This document shows, one piece after another, positions 1 to 8,455 of a DNA stretch of 32,000 nt. Both the position numbers and the translations under genes were made by a program. Every line of letters begins with the position of its first letter. Within the stretch, counting starts at the first letter, position 1. The stretch comes from Propionibacteriaceae bacterium (GTDB lineage: Bacteria; Actinomycetota; Actinomycetes; Propionibacteriales; Propionibacteriaceae): the NCBI GenBank assembly GCA_031256725.1, contig JAIRQE010000019.1:90001-122000 (forward strand). The letters are read 5' to 3'. The notes below the pieces were generated by a model. The model saw nothing but the letters and a program-made list of their open reading frames with translations, had not been told where the DNA came from and did no database searches.

Positions 1-72
1 GGAGCTAAGGGGATTCGAACCCCTGGCCTTCTCATTGCGAACGAGACGCGCTACCAACTGCGCCATAGCCCC
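1..72 (-). tRNA. tRNA-Ala (anticodon CGC); discriminator/CCA lie beyond the window edge
   Basis: The reverse complement folds as a cloverleaf. Acceptor stem is GGGGCUA/UAGCUCC, including the G3:U70 alanine identity pair. D stem is GCGC/GCGC. Anticodon stem is UCUCG/UGAGA with loop UUCGCAA (CGC). T arm is AGGGG-UUCGAAU-CCCCU. Confidence 0.93.
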
Positions 73-92
73 AGAGGCGATTACTTCGCCTG

Positions 93-164
93 AGCCTCCG
101 ATGGGTGTCGAACCCATGACCTTCCGCTTACAAGGCGGATGCTCTACCGCTGAGCTACAGAGGC
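93..164 (-). tRNA. tRNA-Thr (anticodon UGU)
   Basis: The reverse complement is 72 nt. Acceptor stem is GCCUCUG/CGGAGGC. D arm is GCUC-AGCGGUA-GAGC. Anticodon stem is UCCGC/GCGGA with loop CUUGUAA (UGU). T arm is AUGGG-UUCGACA-CCCAU. Confidence 0.93.
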
Positions 165-245
165 CTGCCGGAGAGATATTCTAGCAGCATCTTCGCCATT
201 CTTGCCTAACTGAGTTACTATGAACAAGAACTCTTGTACCAAGAA

Positions 246-1082
246 CTAAAGGGGGCCAACCCTCAGACTGAAACTGATGGAATGGTCTCTTCCAGGGCTT
301 AGGGAGATCGCATGTTCACCCACATTGGCGGTTTCCACGCAGATCATTGAGGTCCAACCGTCGTCACTCATATCGGGGAGACTCTTCGCCTTCTCTATCC
401 ACGGATTCCATACGATGACGTCCTGGGAACCCTTGCGGGAGAGGAAGATCTCCCTATCCATGGTGGGATCTTGTATGACGATATCCCCGGTTGTGTGGAA
501 GATACGATCAGTTTCTTCAGTGATCATCAGGTCCGTACTTTGGGTGTGTGGGCCAGTGAAATGCCCTGCCACACGATCAAGGTACGGCGCACCATTAAGC
601 CCCTTAATCACAGTTTGGCGCACATCCCCAACTCTGAGATAGGTGTGAAGGGACTCTTCAAAGACAAAGCGAGTATCGCCCGTGTTGCGTACATTCAGGG
701 TTGCGCTGAAATCTAAACCGAAGGTCACATCGTAGGTCAGGCAATAGGAGTAATTGAACTTATCTGGGCTAGCGTTGACGAGAATATACCTCGCTGAAAC
801 AGTGTCCTCGTTCTCGGTTGAACTCACCAAACGCCACTCACTGAGTCGGCCAAAGCCGTGGAGTGGGAAGGAGACCCCGTTGATGCCTGCACCAAACCAG
901 GGCCAGCAAATCGGAATCCCTCCACGAATCGGCGAATGAGAATCGAAAGCTGTCTTGTCGCTCAGCCAAAGTACTGGCTCATGGCCGAAAGGAGTCCAAT
1001 CAACAACCTGGGCCCCGTGATGAAAGACAACACCTTGTGCCATGGGGCAGGCATACACACGAGGTGCCAGAAGTGAACTCAC
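246..1082 (-). CDS. D-hexose-6-phosphate mutarotase-like protein (aldose 1-epimerase superfamily, YeaD-like)
   Basis: 278-aa ORF with the RGGIPICWPWFG motif typical of glucose-6-phosphate 1-epimerases and beta-sandwich-like sequence throughout. The start is uncertain: GTG at 1082 or ATG at 1043, and neither has a clear SD. Confidence 0.8.
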   Translation of the reverse strand: MSSLLAPRVYACPMAQGVVFHHGAQVVDWTPFGHEPVLWLSDKTAFDSHSPIRGGIPICWPWFGAGINGVSFPLHGFGRLSEWRLVSSTENEDTVSARYILVNASPDKFNYSYCLTYDVTFGLDFSATLNVRNTGDTRFVFEESLHTYLRVGDVRQTVIKGLNGAPYLDRVAGHFTGPHTQSTDLMITEETDRIFHTTGDIVIQDPTMDREIFLSRKGSQDVIVWNPWIEKAKSLPDMSDDGWTSMICVETANVGEHAISLSPGRDHSISFSLRVGPL

Positions 1083-1150
1083 AGAACTAGATTACGCTGA
1101 GATGACCTACTTGTCGATAAGTCTCCCGTATGTAGATACTTACATTTGCC

Positions 1151-1606
1151 TTAAATGATGACAGATTCCTCATAGGCTTTGATGAGTTCAAGTCGACGCA
1201 TATGGCGGGAAGCCCCCGAAAACTCTGTTGTGAGGAAGGCCAATACAAGATCAATAATCTGCTCCTTGGAGTGCATCCTTCCCCCGATTGACGCGACATT
1301 GGCATTATTGTGCTTACGGGCCAGGCGGGCCGTATCATGGGAGTGTATGAGTGCAGCGCGTACACCCCGTACCTTGTTGGCTGCAATGACCTCGCCATTA
1401 CCCGAACCACCCAGGACGATTCCCAAAGATCCTGGATCCTCTATGACCGCTTCGGCTGTCGGAAAGATATACACAGGGTAATCATCATCAGAATCGTAGG
1501 CATCTGCCCCATGATCGATCACCTCGTACCCTCGACTGGTGAGGGCTTGAACAATGGCGTTCTTCATCTCGAATGCCGCATGGTCTGTACCTATATGAAC
1601 ACGCAT
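1151..1606 (-). CDS. rpiB: ribose-5-phosphate isomerase B
   Basis: 151 aa with near-collinear resemblance to actinobacterial RpiB (MRVHIGTDHAAFEMK..., GSLGIVLGGSGNGEVIAANKV, ARKHNNANV..IGGRM). AAGGAG SD lies 6 nt upstream of the ATG at 1606. Confidence 0.93.
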   Translation of the reverse strand: MRVHIGTDHAAFEMKNAIVQALTSRGYEVIDHGADAYDSDDDYPVYIFPTAEAVIEDPGSLGIVLGGSGNGEVIAANKVRGVRAALIHSHDTARLARKHNNANVASIGGRMHSKEQIIDLVLAFLTTEFSGASRHMRRLELIKAYEESVII

Positions 1607-1634
1607 GGTGATCTCCTTCTTGTATGTACCAGAA

Positions 1635-2627
1635 TTAGCCTACGCGAAACTCCCAGGTGGTCGTACGACAGTACTCTTCACCTGGCCTGAGGATAGTTGA
1701 TGGAAAATCTGGTCGCCTGGGAGCATCAGGGTACTCCTCGGTTTCCAAGGCGATACCTGTACCTTTGCCTCCAGCCCCCTCGGGATGGGAGATCCTTGGG
1801 TTGGTCATCATGTGACCAGTGTAGATCTGTAGAGCAGGATAATCCGTGTGGAAAATGAGTTCCCGCCCCGATTCCTGGTGACGAAGAAGAGCTACCTGCC
1901 TCATTCCACTGCCATTAAGGATGAGAGCATGATCAATACCACCAGTGGCAATCACCTGAGGATCCGGTTCTGCAAACGCTTCGCCGAGAAGTCTTGATCC
2001 GCGGAAATCGAAGGGGGTTCCATCTACCGCCACTGGGGCTTCAGGCAATGGGATGAGGTTCTTGTTCACAGGGAGGTACTGACTGGCCCCAACCTGAAGT
2101 AGATGCCCATCAATAGTCTCGCTACCACCAGATAGGTTGAAGTACGGGTGGGAGACGATGCTGATGACCGTTGGTACCTCTGTGGTTGCGATGACCTTAT
2201 GGGTGAGTGACCATCCTTCCAAGACATAGGCCACTTTCACGTGGATTGGACCAGGAAACCCCTCATTGGGATCAGACCAACTAAGACTCAGGGTTAGACT
2301 CTGGTCATCAACCTGAGCCACCTCCCAATCCTGATAACTAAATCCATGGGATCCGCCATGGAGAGTGGCGACCCCATTGTTGTTCAGATCCGGGGTGTAC
2401 CTTCTCCCGTCGATCTCGTATCCACCCGCAGCGATCCTATTCCCGAAGGGACCCACAATTTCCCCAAAATAGCCACTGCTTGCGATTCGATCCTCCTCAG
2501 TGGCATACCCCAAAACTACTGAAGAAATGCGACCATGTCGATCTGGCATACAGATATCATTCACGCAGGCACCACGGCTCCAGATCTCAACCGTGAAATC
2601 ATCGCGACCCAAGATCACTTTCTCCAT
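1635..2627 (-). CDS. galM: aldose 1-epimerase (galactose mutarotase family)
   Basis: Contains the TLHGGSHGFSYQDWEV and HPYFNL motifs of aldose 1-epimerases. I place the start at the ATG at 2627 (MEKVILG...), which is preceded by GGAAGGGGAG, rather than at the ORF-track start of 2672. Confidence 0.88.
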   Translation of the reverse strand: MEKVILGRDDFTVEIWSRGACVNDICMPDRHGRISSVVLGYATEEDRIASSGYFGEIVGPFGNRIAAGGYEIDGRRYTPDLNNNGVATLHGGSHGFSYQDWEVAQVDDQSLTLSLSWSDPNEGFPGPIHVKVAYVLEGWSLTHKVIATTEVPTVISIVSHPYFNLSGGSETIDGHLLQVGASQYLPVNKNLIPLPEAPVAVDGTPFDFRGSRLLGEAFAEPDPQVIATGGIDHALILNGSGMRQVALLRHQESGRELIFHTDYPALQIYTGHMMTNPRISHPEGAGGKGTGIALETEEYPDAPRRPDFPSTILRPGEEYCRTTTWEFRVG

Positions 2628-2716
2628 AATGGCTCCCCTTCCAGAAATAACCCATCTCAACCCAGTGGTCATTTCTCACACTAGAGTGATCCTAGGACCA
2701 CTCGGGAAAGGATGAC

Positions 2717-4000
2717 ATGAGCGACATTCTCATCAAGGACGTATCCCTTGCTTCAGGGGTACGTACAGATCTTGGGATCCATGCTACTCGCTTTGTCGAT
2801 ACAGCTTCATTGGTCCAACCGGTGGTAATAAACGCTAGTGGGCTGATGGCTTTGCCTGGGTTGGTTGACCTTCACACCCATCTACGTGAGCCCAGTCCCC
2901 AACCGGCTGAGACCATCTCCAGTGGTACCCTTGCTGCCGCCAAAGGCGGATTCACAGCAGTCTTCGCCATGGCAAACACTGATCCTGTAACCGACACTGC
3001 TTCAGCGGTACGAAACCTGCGTACCCTGGCCGCAGATGCTCACGCCGAAGTCATTCCAGTGGGTGCCATCACCCGAGGTCTGCAAGGTCGTGAGGTGAGT
3101 GAGATCGAAGCAATGAACGATGAGGGCGTCAACTTTTTCTCGGATGATGGATTCTGCGTGATGGATGCAAGCATCATGCGCGAAGCCCTGTTGCGAGTTG
3201 GCTACAGTGGTGGAGTCGTTGCCCAACACAGTCAAGATCACAACATTGCTGGACCCTGTGCGTGTGTACCCGATGGAGTTGAGGTTCCTCCCCTGGCGGA
3301 AGAGGACACGACCTGGCATAGGGTTGCCGAGGCTTCAATCATTGCTCGCGATGTTCAACTTGCTATGGACACTGGCACCCATCTTCACATCTGTCATATC
3401 TCCACAGCAGAGGCTGTGGATGTGGTTCGCTGGGCAAAGGAGAAAGGTGCACCCGTTACAGCTGAAGTAACTCCACATCATCTTCTGTTGGGTAGCGAAC
3501 TAGTAGGTTCCTTAGACACCCGCTTCAAAGTCAATCCTCCTTTGCGTAACGATGAGGATAGGCACGCACTACGCCTAGCCCTGGCCGACGGTACTATTGA
3601 TGTTGTTGGTACTGACCACGCCCCCCATCTCCCTTCCGACAAGGAAAAACCCTTCCCTCAGGCCAAACCAGGAATGGTTGGACTCGAATGGGCTCTCGGA
3701 GTTGTCATCGAAACCATGATTAACACCGGTCTCATGGATTGGGTCACCTTAGCCAAACGCACCTCCCATACCCCTGCTCGGATCGGCAAGATCTCGTACT
3801 GTCAAGGTAGGCCACTAGCCATCTCCGAGCGGGCAACCTTCACACTGATCGACCTCACTCGACGGGCCATAGTCGATAAGGATCTCGCCCTGACCCAGGG
3901 CCGAAACAATCCCTATCACGGTCTTGATCTGCCCGATCCGGTCCTGGCAACCTTCTGGGAGGGTCGTCCCACCTATGCCTCATTTCTCTTTGAGAGCTGA
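2717..4000 (+). CDS. pyrC: dihydroorotase (cyclic amidohydrolase)
   Basis: 427 aa with the metal-binding DLHTHLREP (HxH) and GTDHAPH motifs and KVNPPLR, at the typical length of class I dihydroorotases. GGAAAGGATGAC precedes the ATG. Confidence 0.85.
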   Translation: MSDILIKDVSLASGVRTDLGIHATRFVDTASLVQPVVINASGLMALPGLVDLHTHLREPSPQPAETISSGTLAAAKGGFTAVFAMANTDPVTDTASAVRNLRTLAADAHAEVIPVGAITRGLQGREVSEIEAMNDEGVNFFSDDGFCVMDASIMREALLRVGYSGGVVAQHSQDHNIAGPCACVPDGVEVPPLAEEDTTWHRVAEASIIARDVQLAMDTGTHLHICHISTAEAVDVVRWAKEKGAPVTAEVTPHHLLLGSELVGSLDTRFKVNPPLRNDEDRHALRLALADGTIDVVGTDHAPHLPSDKEKPFPQAKPGMVGLEWALGVVIETMINTGLMDWVTLAKRTSHTPARIGKISYCQGRPLAISERATFTLIDLTRRAIVDKDLALTQGRNNPYHGLDLPDPVLATFWEGRPTYASFLFES

Positions 4001-5092
4001 CCACATACCTGGCTTGGATTCACGAGCAAACCCTAACTGCTTGAGTTGAGCCAGACTGACCAGCAGGGAGATCACCGACTCTCCTGTAAGGATTGCCAAC
4101 TCGTCTACAGAAACCGATCGATTCATGGGAAGAGCCTCATGGATTCGTTTCTTGTCCTCAGCAAGATTATCGAAGAGAGTGTCCTGGGCTCTGTGATACT
4201 CAGGGATGGTTGTATCAACAGGATTGAGTACTGAAAGGATTTCCTCTGCAGTACTCACCAGTATGGCCTCACCTCGTCTGATAAGTCGATGCGGGGTAAC
4301 TGACATAGCGGAGGTAACAGGTCCAGGTACAGCCAGTACTTGCCGCCCTAGAGATAGAGCCCAACTCACCGTGTTCTGTGCTCCACTGCGTACAGCTCCT
4401 TCAACAATGACAGTGGCCCTAGGTAGGGCAGCTATCAGCCGATTACGAACAAGAAATCTTGATTTTGACGGATGGCAGGAGGGTGGGTACTCACTGACCA
4501 CAGCCCCCTTCTCTGCCACACCTGTTATCAACCCAGAGTTGCCTGATGGGTAGTAATTCGCCAGGCCGCTAGCCATGACAGCCACTGTTAGTCCATGTGC
4601 TGCCAATGCTCCCCTGTGGGCAGCAGAATCAATCCCGTAGGCGCCTCCAGACACCACAGGAAAACCGCTCTCAGCCACCCCTGAAGCCAGGTCAGCCGTC
4701 ACATGGTCACCATAGGCTGTGCTTGCTCGTGACCCGACTATTGATATTCCTCGACTGAGTTCACTGATTCTTGCTGGACCTTTGACCCACAATCCCAAGG
4801 GTTGCCCACCTCTACCACCCACTGGCTCAGACCAGGAGAGATCCGTCAGCCCTACTGGCCATTCCTCATCACCAGGTATGACGAATCGCGCACCGATTGC
4901 TATGGTGTGGCGAGAAATCTCTTCCGGTTTCACCTCTGCGGCACGTTGAGCCATTGCTGTTCGCCTCCGACCTGAACGCAGGTGTTCCCAGACCTCCACT
5001 GCGCCCTGTTCCTCAATGAGCTTCATCAGGGCAGGGTCTCCCCCATCCTGACAGGCAGCCAAACCCATCCTCGCTGTTCTCTCATCTATCAT
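3980..5092 (-). CDS. dprA: DNA-processing protein DprA
   Basis: 370 aa with the SGGAYGIDSAAHRGAL, VVSEYPP and FLVRNRLIAAL motifs of the DprA Rossmann-like domain. Its ATG overlaps the upstream gene's TGA (ATGA) at 5089-5092. Confidence 0.92.
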   Translation of the reverse strand: MIDERTARMGLAACQDGGDPALMKLIEEQGAVEVWEHLRSGRRRTAMAQRAAEVKPEEISRHTIAIGARFVIPGDEEWPVGLTDLSWSEPVGGRGGQPLGLWVKGPARISELSRGISIVGSRASTAYGDHVTADLASGVAESGFPVVSGGAYGIDSAAHRGALAAHGLTVAVMASGLANYYPSGNSGLITGVAEKGAVVSEYPPSCHPSKSRFLVRNRLIAALPRATVIVEGAVRSGAQNTVSWALSLGRQVLAVPGPVTSAMSVTPHRLIRRGEAILVSTAEEILSVLNPVDTTIPEYHRAQDTLFDNLAEDKKRIHEALPMNRSVSVDELAILTGESVISLLVSLAQLKQLGFARESKPGMWSALKEK

Positions 5093-6621
5093 TGTGGATT
5101 CTCCTGTCCCTGTCTCAGAGCTAATGCCAGCGCTAGATGATCCCCACTGGGACGATCTGCTTCAAGTAGGTCAGCCACCGTCCACGCAACTTTGAGTACC
5201 TTGTCCACTCCACGCGCGGACAGACTCCCGTTGATCACAGCCGAATCGACCATCCCCATGCCTGTGGGCAATGGAAGTTCTTTGCGGACAAACCTCCCAG
5301 GCAATTCCGCATTCGTGGTCCATGTAGTATTTCGGAGACGATCCGACTGGCGAATCCTGGCGGCCTGTACACGCTCAGCAACTGTGAGAGAACTGTCAAC
5401 ATCCATGGACTGCTTATCAGCCAAGCATTGTCTGACTGGAAGAATCCGCGATTGGATATCAATACGATCCAGGATCGGCCCCGAGACTCGTGCCCCGTAT
5501 TTTCGGATCGCCATGGGTGTACACGTACACTTACTCCTCGGCGTTGACGCCAAGCCACATGGACAAGGATTCGCGGCTAAAACAAGTTGAAAACGGGCTG
5601 GATACTTCACTGAAAGTTCGCAACGCCCAAGGATGATCTCCCCCAGTTCCAAGGGAGTACGCATTGCCTCTAAGGCCTGAGTTGAGAATTCGGGGGCCTC
5701 ATCAAGGAAGAGAACTCCTCGATGGGCAAGGGAGACCGCACCAGGACGAGCAATCCGAGCTCCACCGCCTATGAGGGAAGCCAAGGACGCTGAATGGTGA
5801 GGGGCTGAGTAGGGAGGCCGTACTGGAAGAGAATCAATAGACAGATCCACTAGCGAATGGATGGCCGCAACCTCCATCGCCTCCCGAACACTCAAATCAG
5901 GAAGAATCGATGGAAGACATGAAGCCAAGAGAGTCTTTCCCACCCCTGGCGGACCATGGAAGTACAAATGATGTCGCCCAGCGGCAGCCACCTCCAAAGC
6001 GAATCGGGCTTCAGACAAACCCACAACATCCTTGAGATCAGGAGACGCCGAAACCTCGGATGGGCCCGGCACCTCCGCGATGGCATCCACCCCAGACTCC
6101 CCGTTAAGAACCTCAATGAGATCCTGGATATTCCTCACTCCATGAACGGTGAGACCTTCAACCAATCGAGCTTCATTCAACTGGGAAACGGGCACAACCG
6201 CACGTTCGATCCCCACACGTCTTACTCCCAACAAAGCCGGCAGCACTCCACGAACAGGATGAACCTTTCCATCCAGTCCCAGTTCCCCAAAGAGAACAAT
6301 CTCTTCCAAGACTGACGGGTGAATCACCCCTTCAGCCGCCAGTACTGCCGCAGCGATACCCAGGTCATAATGGGATCCCGCCTTCGGCAGACTCGCAGGA
6401 GTGAGGTTGATCGTCAGCACCTGAGGGGGCCAACTAAATCCCGCGCTCAATACTGCTGCCCGGCATCTCTCTTTAGCTTGGGTAAGAGCAGCATCAGGTA
6501 AGCCCACCATTGTCGTCCTTGGTAACCCCGATCCAGTCCATGCTTCAATGGTGACCACCATGGCTTCCATCCCCAGCAAGGCCACCGATTGGGACCTAGC
6601 TATCCCCCATACAGATGTCAT
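5089..6621 (-). CDS. YifB/ComM family Mg-chelatase-like AAA+ ATPase
   Basis: 510 aa with an N-terminal Lon-protease-like (ChlI N) region. Walker A is GPPGVGKT, Walker B is VLFLDEAPEF, and the ANPCPCG motif is present. There is an ATGA overlap with yraN at 6618-6621. Confidence 0.92.
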   Translation of the reverse strand: MTSVWGIARSQSVALLGMEAMVVTIEAWTGSGLPRTTMVGLPDAALTQAKERCRAAVLSAGFSWPPQVLTINLTPASLPKAGSHYDLGIAAAVLAAEGVIHPSVLEEIVLFGELGLDGKVHPVRGVLPALLGVRRVGIERAVVPVSQLNEARLVEGLTVHGVRNIQDLIEVLNGESGVDAIAEVPGPSEVSASPDLKDVVGLSEARFALEVAAAGRHHLYFHGPPGVGKTLLASCLPSILPDLSVREAMEVAAIHSLVDLSIDSLPVRPPYSAPHHSASLASLIGGGARIARPGAVSLAHRGVLFLDEAPEFSTQALEAMRTPLELGEIILGRCELSVKYPARFQLVLAANPCPCGLASTPRSKCTCTPMAIRKYGARVSGPILDRIDIQSRILPVRQCLADKQSMDVDSSLTVAERVQAARIRQSDRLRNTTWTTNAELPGRFVRKELPLPTGMGMVDSAVINGSLSARGVDKVLKVAWTVADLLEADRPSGDHLALALALRQGQENPQ

Positions 6622-6992
6622 AATCGTACCGCCCGCGCGTGAGTAATGGAGGCCTTCTTCCCTGGCTCAGCAAGGATCCCAATGGCATCAATCCTCACTC
6701 GGTCGTACCCCGCCTCATGGGTCACCATCCACATACATGCAAGGCGATGAAGACGTCGAAGCTTCTCGATTGTTATTGCCTCAAGTGGCTGCCCAAATCC
6801 CACCCCTGACTTGGCCTTGACTTCGCAAAACACAAGAGTACCCCGCGACGAGGTGGGATCGACAGCAATGATGTCGATCTCGCCAACTCGGCTATATCGC
6901 CAGTTTCTTTCCAAGATTTTCCACCCCAGATTTTCAAGGTACACAGTGGCCAGGTCTTCGCCCTTTTTTCCTATCGACCTACGCTTGTCCAT
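6618..6992 (-). CDS. yraN: YraN family (UPF0102) endonuclease-like protein
   Basis: 124 aa with GEDLA..YL...G..IL.RNWR, GEIDIIA and FCEVKA motifs of the YraN/UPF0102 family. It sits in the conserved position upstream of yifB-dprA. Confidence 0.88.
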   Translation of the reverse strand: MDKRRSIGKKGEDLATVYLENLGWKILERNWRYSRVGEIDIIAVDPTSSRGTLVFCEVKAKSGVGFGQPLEAITIEKLRRLHRLACMWMVTHEAGYDRVRIDAIGILAEPGKKASITHARAVRL

Positions 6993-7271
6993 ATTTCACC
7001 TCCACGTGAACCATGGGCGTACACAAGAAGAGGTTGTCATCTATCCAAAGGTCACGGGTACCTCAAAAAACTATCCACAGATTCACCGATTCTCAGCATT
7101 TCCTAGAATCAAGGACTGTTGCTTCTTGTTTTTGATTCTGGATCCTGCGACTTCACGCAGGATGACAGTGGATACCACAGGATGACAATGCCCGAACCCC
7201 ATCAGCCTGTACGGCACAGAATCCAGAACCGTCTGCGCGCAGTGCAGGCTTCATCGCAGAATCCAGAGTGT

Positions 7272-8283
7272 CTACCCCAATTCCCGGGATCTCATGAACA
7301 CATCCAAAGACTCTTTCAAGATCGCCCGAGCCATCGGCAAAGCCACAACAGGCAGAAGTACCAAAGCAGGAATGAAGGTTTGAGCGTAATCACCCGCAGT
7401 TAGTTCCGTGTTGATGTGGAACCAAACCTCCGAGATTCTCCAGGCAATGTAGTACGCCGTCGCAGCGCCAATAGGGATGGCCACAATCATCGCCAGGATT
7501 CCCAGAATCCAGGTCTCAGTCAGGATCGTCGCCACGACCACCCGATCCCTAAAACCCAGACTCCTCAACAACTGATAATCAGGAGCCCTCTTGGCAACGG
7601 TATACCCCAAGCAAGCCAACACGAATAGCAGGCCAACTCGGCGGCAAACGCGCACCCAACCATCCAGATAATCTCCCCGGATGGCGTTTCCGACCCGAGA
7701 CCCGTCGAATAGCATCCAAGGGGGTCATCCGACTTACCTGTACTGCTGCATAGATCGCAGCCCCACTGAACACAACTGCCACCGCAACCGCAGCCACCCA
7801 CACATAGAAAGCCGTAAGGTGGATTTCAGCGATAGGCAGCCCCACCGAATAGGCAAACTCAGTAATAAACAGCTGGGCTAGAAGGTACCCCAGCCCAATA
7901 CCCAAGCCCACAGACACCACAGCCAATCCCACGATGATCACCATGAATGCTCGCACCAGACTTCCTGCGGTGTACCCCAAGGTCATGAGTACACCCAAGG
8001 CCCATCGTTCCTTAGCCAACCATTGAGCCAAAAGAAAGAAGGTCACAAACACTGAAGACAGCCCAGTCACCCCAACGATCACTGGAACAACCGTTGCAAA
8101 CGCCGCCAGATTCTTCTCCAGGTACAAGGAGGAAAACTGTTCATCGGAGGCTAATGCATAGGCCTGACTCAGATGATGGTCACCAGCATAATCAAGGATC
8201 TCCTGGCGTACCTTGTCAAGGTCCTCGGCAGTGGAACGGATCAGAACAGAGTTGAACAGCCTACCCGGAGGATGCCCCAACAT
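7272..8283 (-). pseudogene. decayed FtsX-type ABC permease (N-terminally truncated and frameshifted, two ORF fragments 7579-8283 and 7272-7715)
   Basis: Two overlapping ORFs in different frames each carry FtsX-like TM2-TM4 sequence (...SRMTPLDAIRRV at the end of fragment 1; LRSLGFRDR.. plus TM helices in fragment 2). Fragment 1 begins inside what looks like an extracytoplasmic domain, with no TM1. Fragment 2 lacks its own TM1 and extracytoplasmic domain. Confidence 0.55.
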
Positions 8284-8455
8284 AACCAGTTTTAGGCAAA
8301 AGGGTTGCCGACCTTCGCATAATCTCCTCTATTTCCCCTAATTGACCCTTAACCAACCCCTGAACTCGTTTATTTCGAGATGGATATTTACTTATTCGCG
8401 ATAGAATTATTTTTCACCACGCATATACAGTGGTCAGCACTGGGGAAGGGGCGTT

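Noticed and set aside
1-245. The tRNA pair as an integration hotspot, with an adjacent genomic island.
   Set aside because: No integrase, no partial tRNA duplicate and no att-like repeat is seen downstream. The neighbouring genes are ordinary sugar-phosphate metabolism genes.
277-1076. Multiple 60-130-aa ORFs antisense or out-of-frame within confident genes. Examples are 277-642, 1179-1481, 3002-3319, 4206-4553, 5192-5590, 14627-15532, 22068-23189 and 27219-28431.
   Set aside because: Each is fully embedded in a longer ORF with strong family motifs. None shows a recognisable domain or RBS. This is typical shadow-ORF behaviour in GC-biased coding DNA.
2628-2716. A GTGGTC...GACCAC inverted repeat and near-palindrome around CTAG upstream of pyrC as a PyrR attenuator or operator.
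   Set aside because: I could identify no PyrR-binding-loop-like sequence or terminator/antiterminator alternative. The repeats are short and imperfect.
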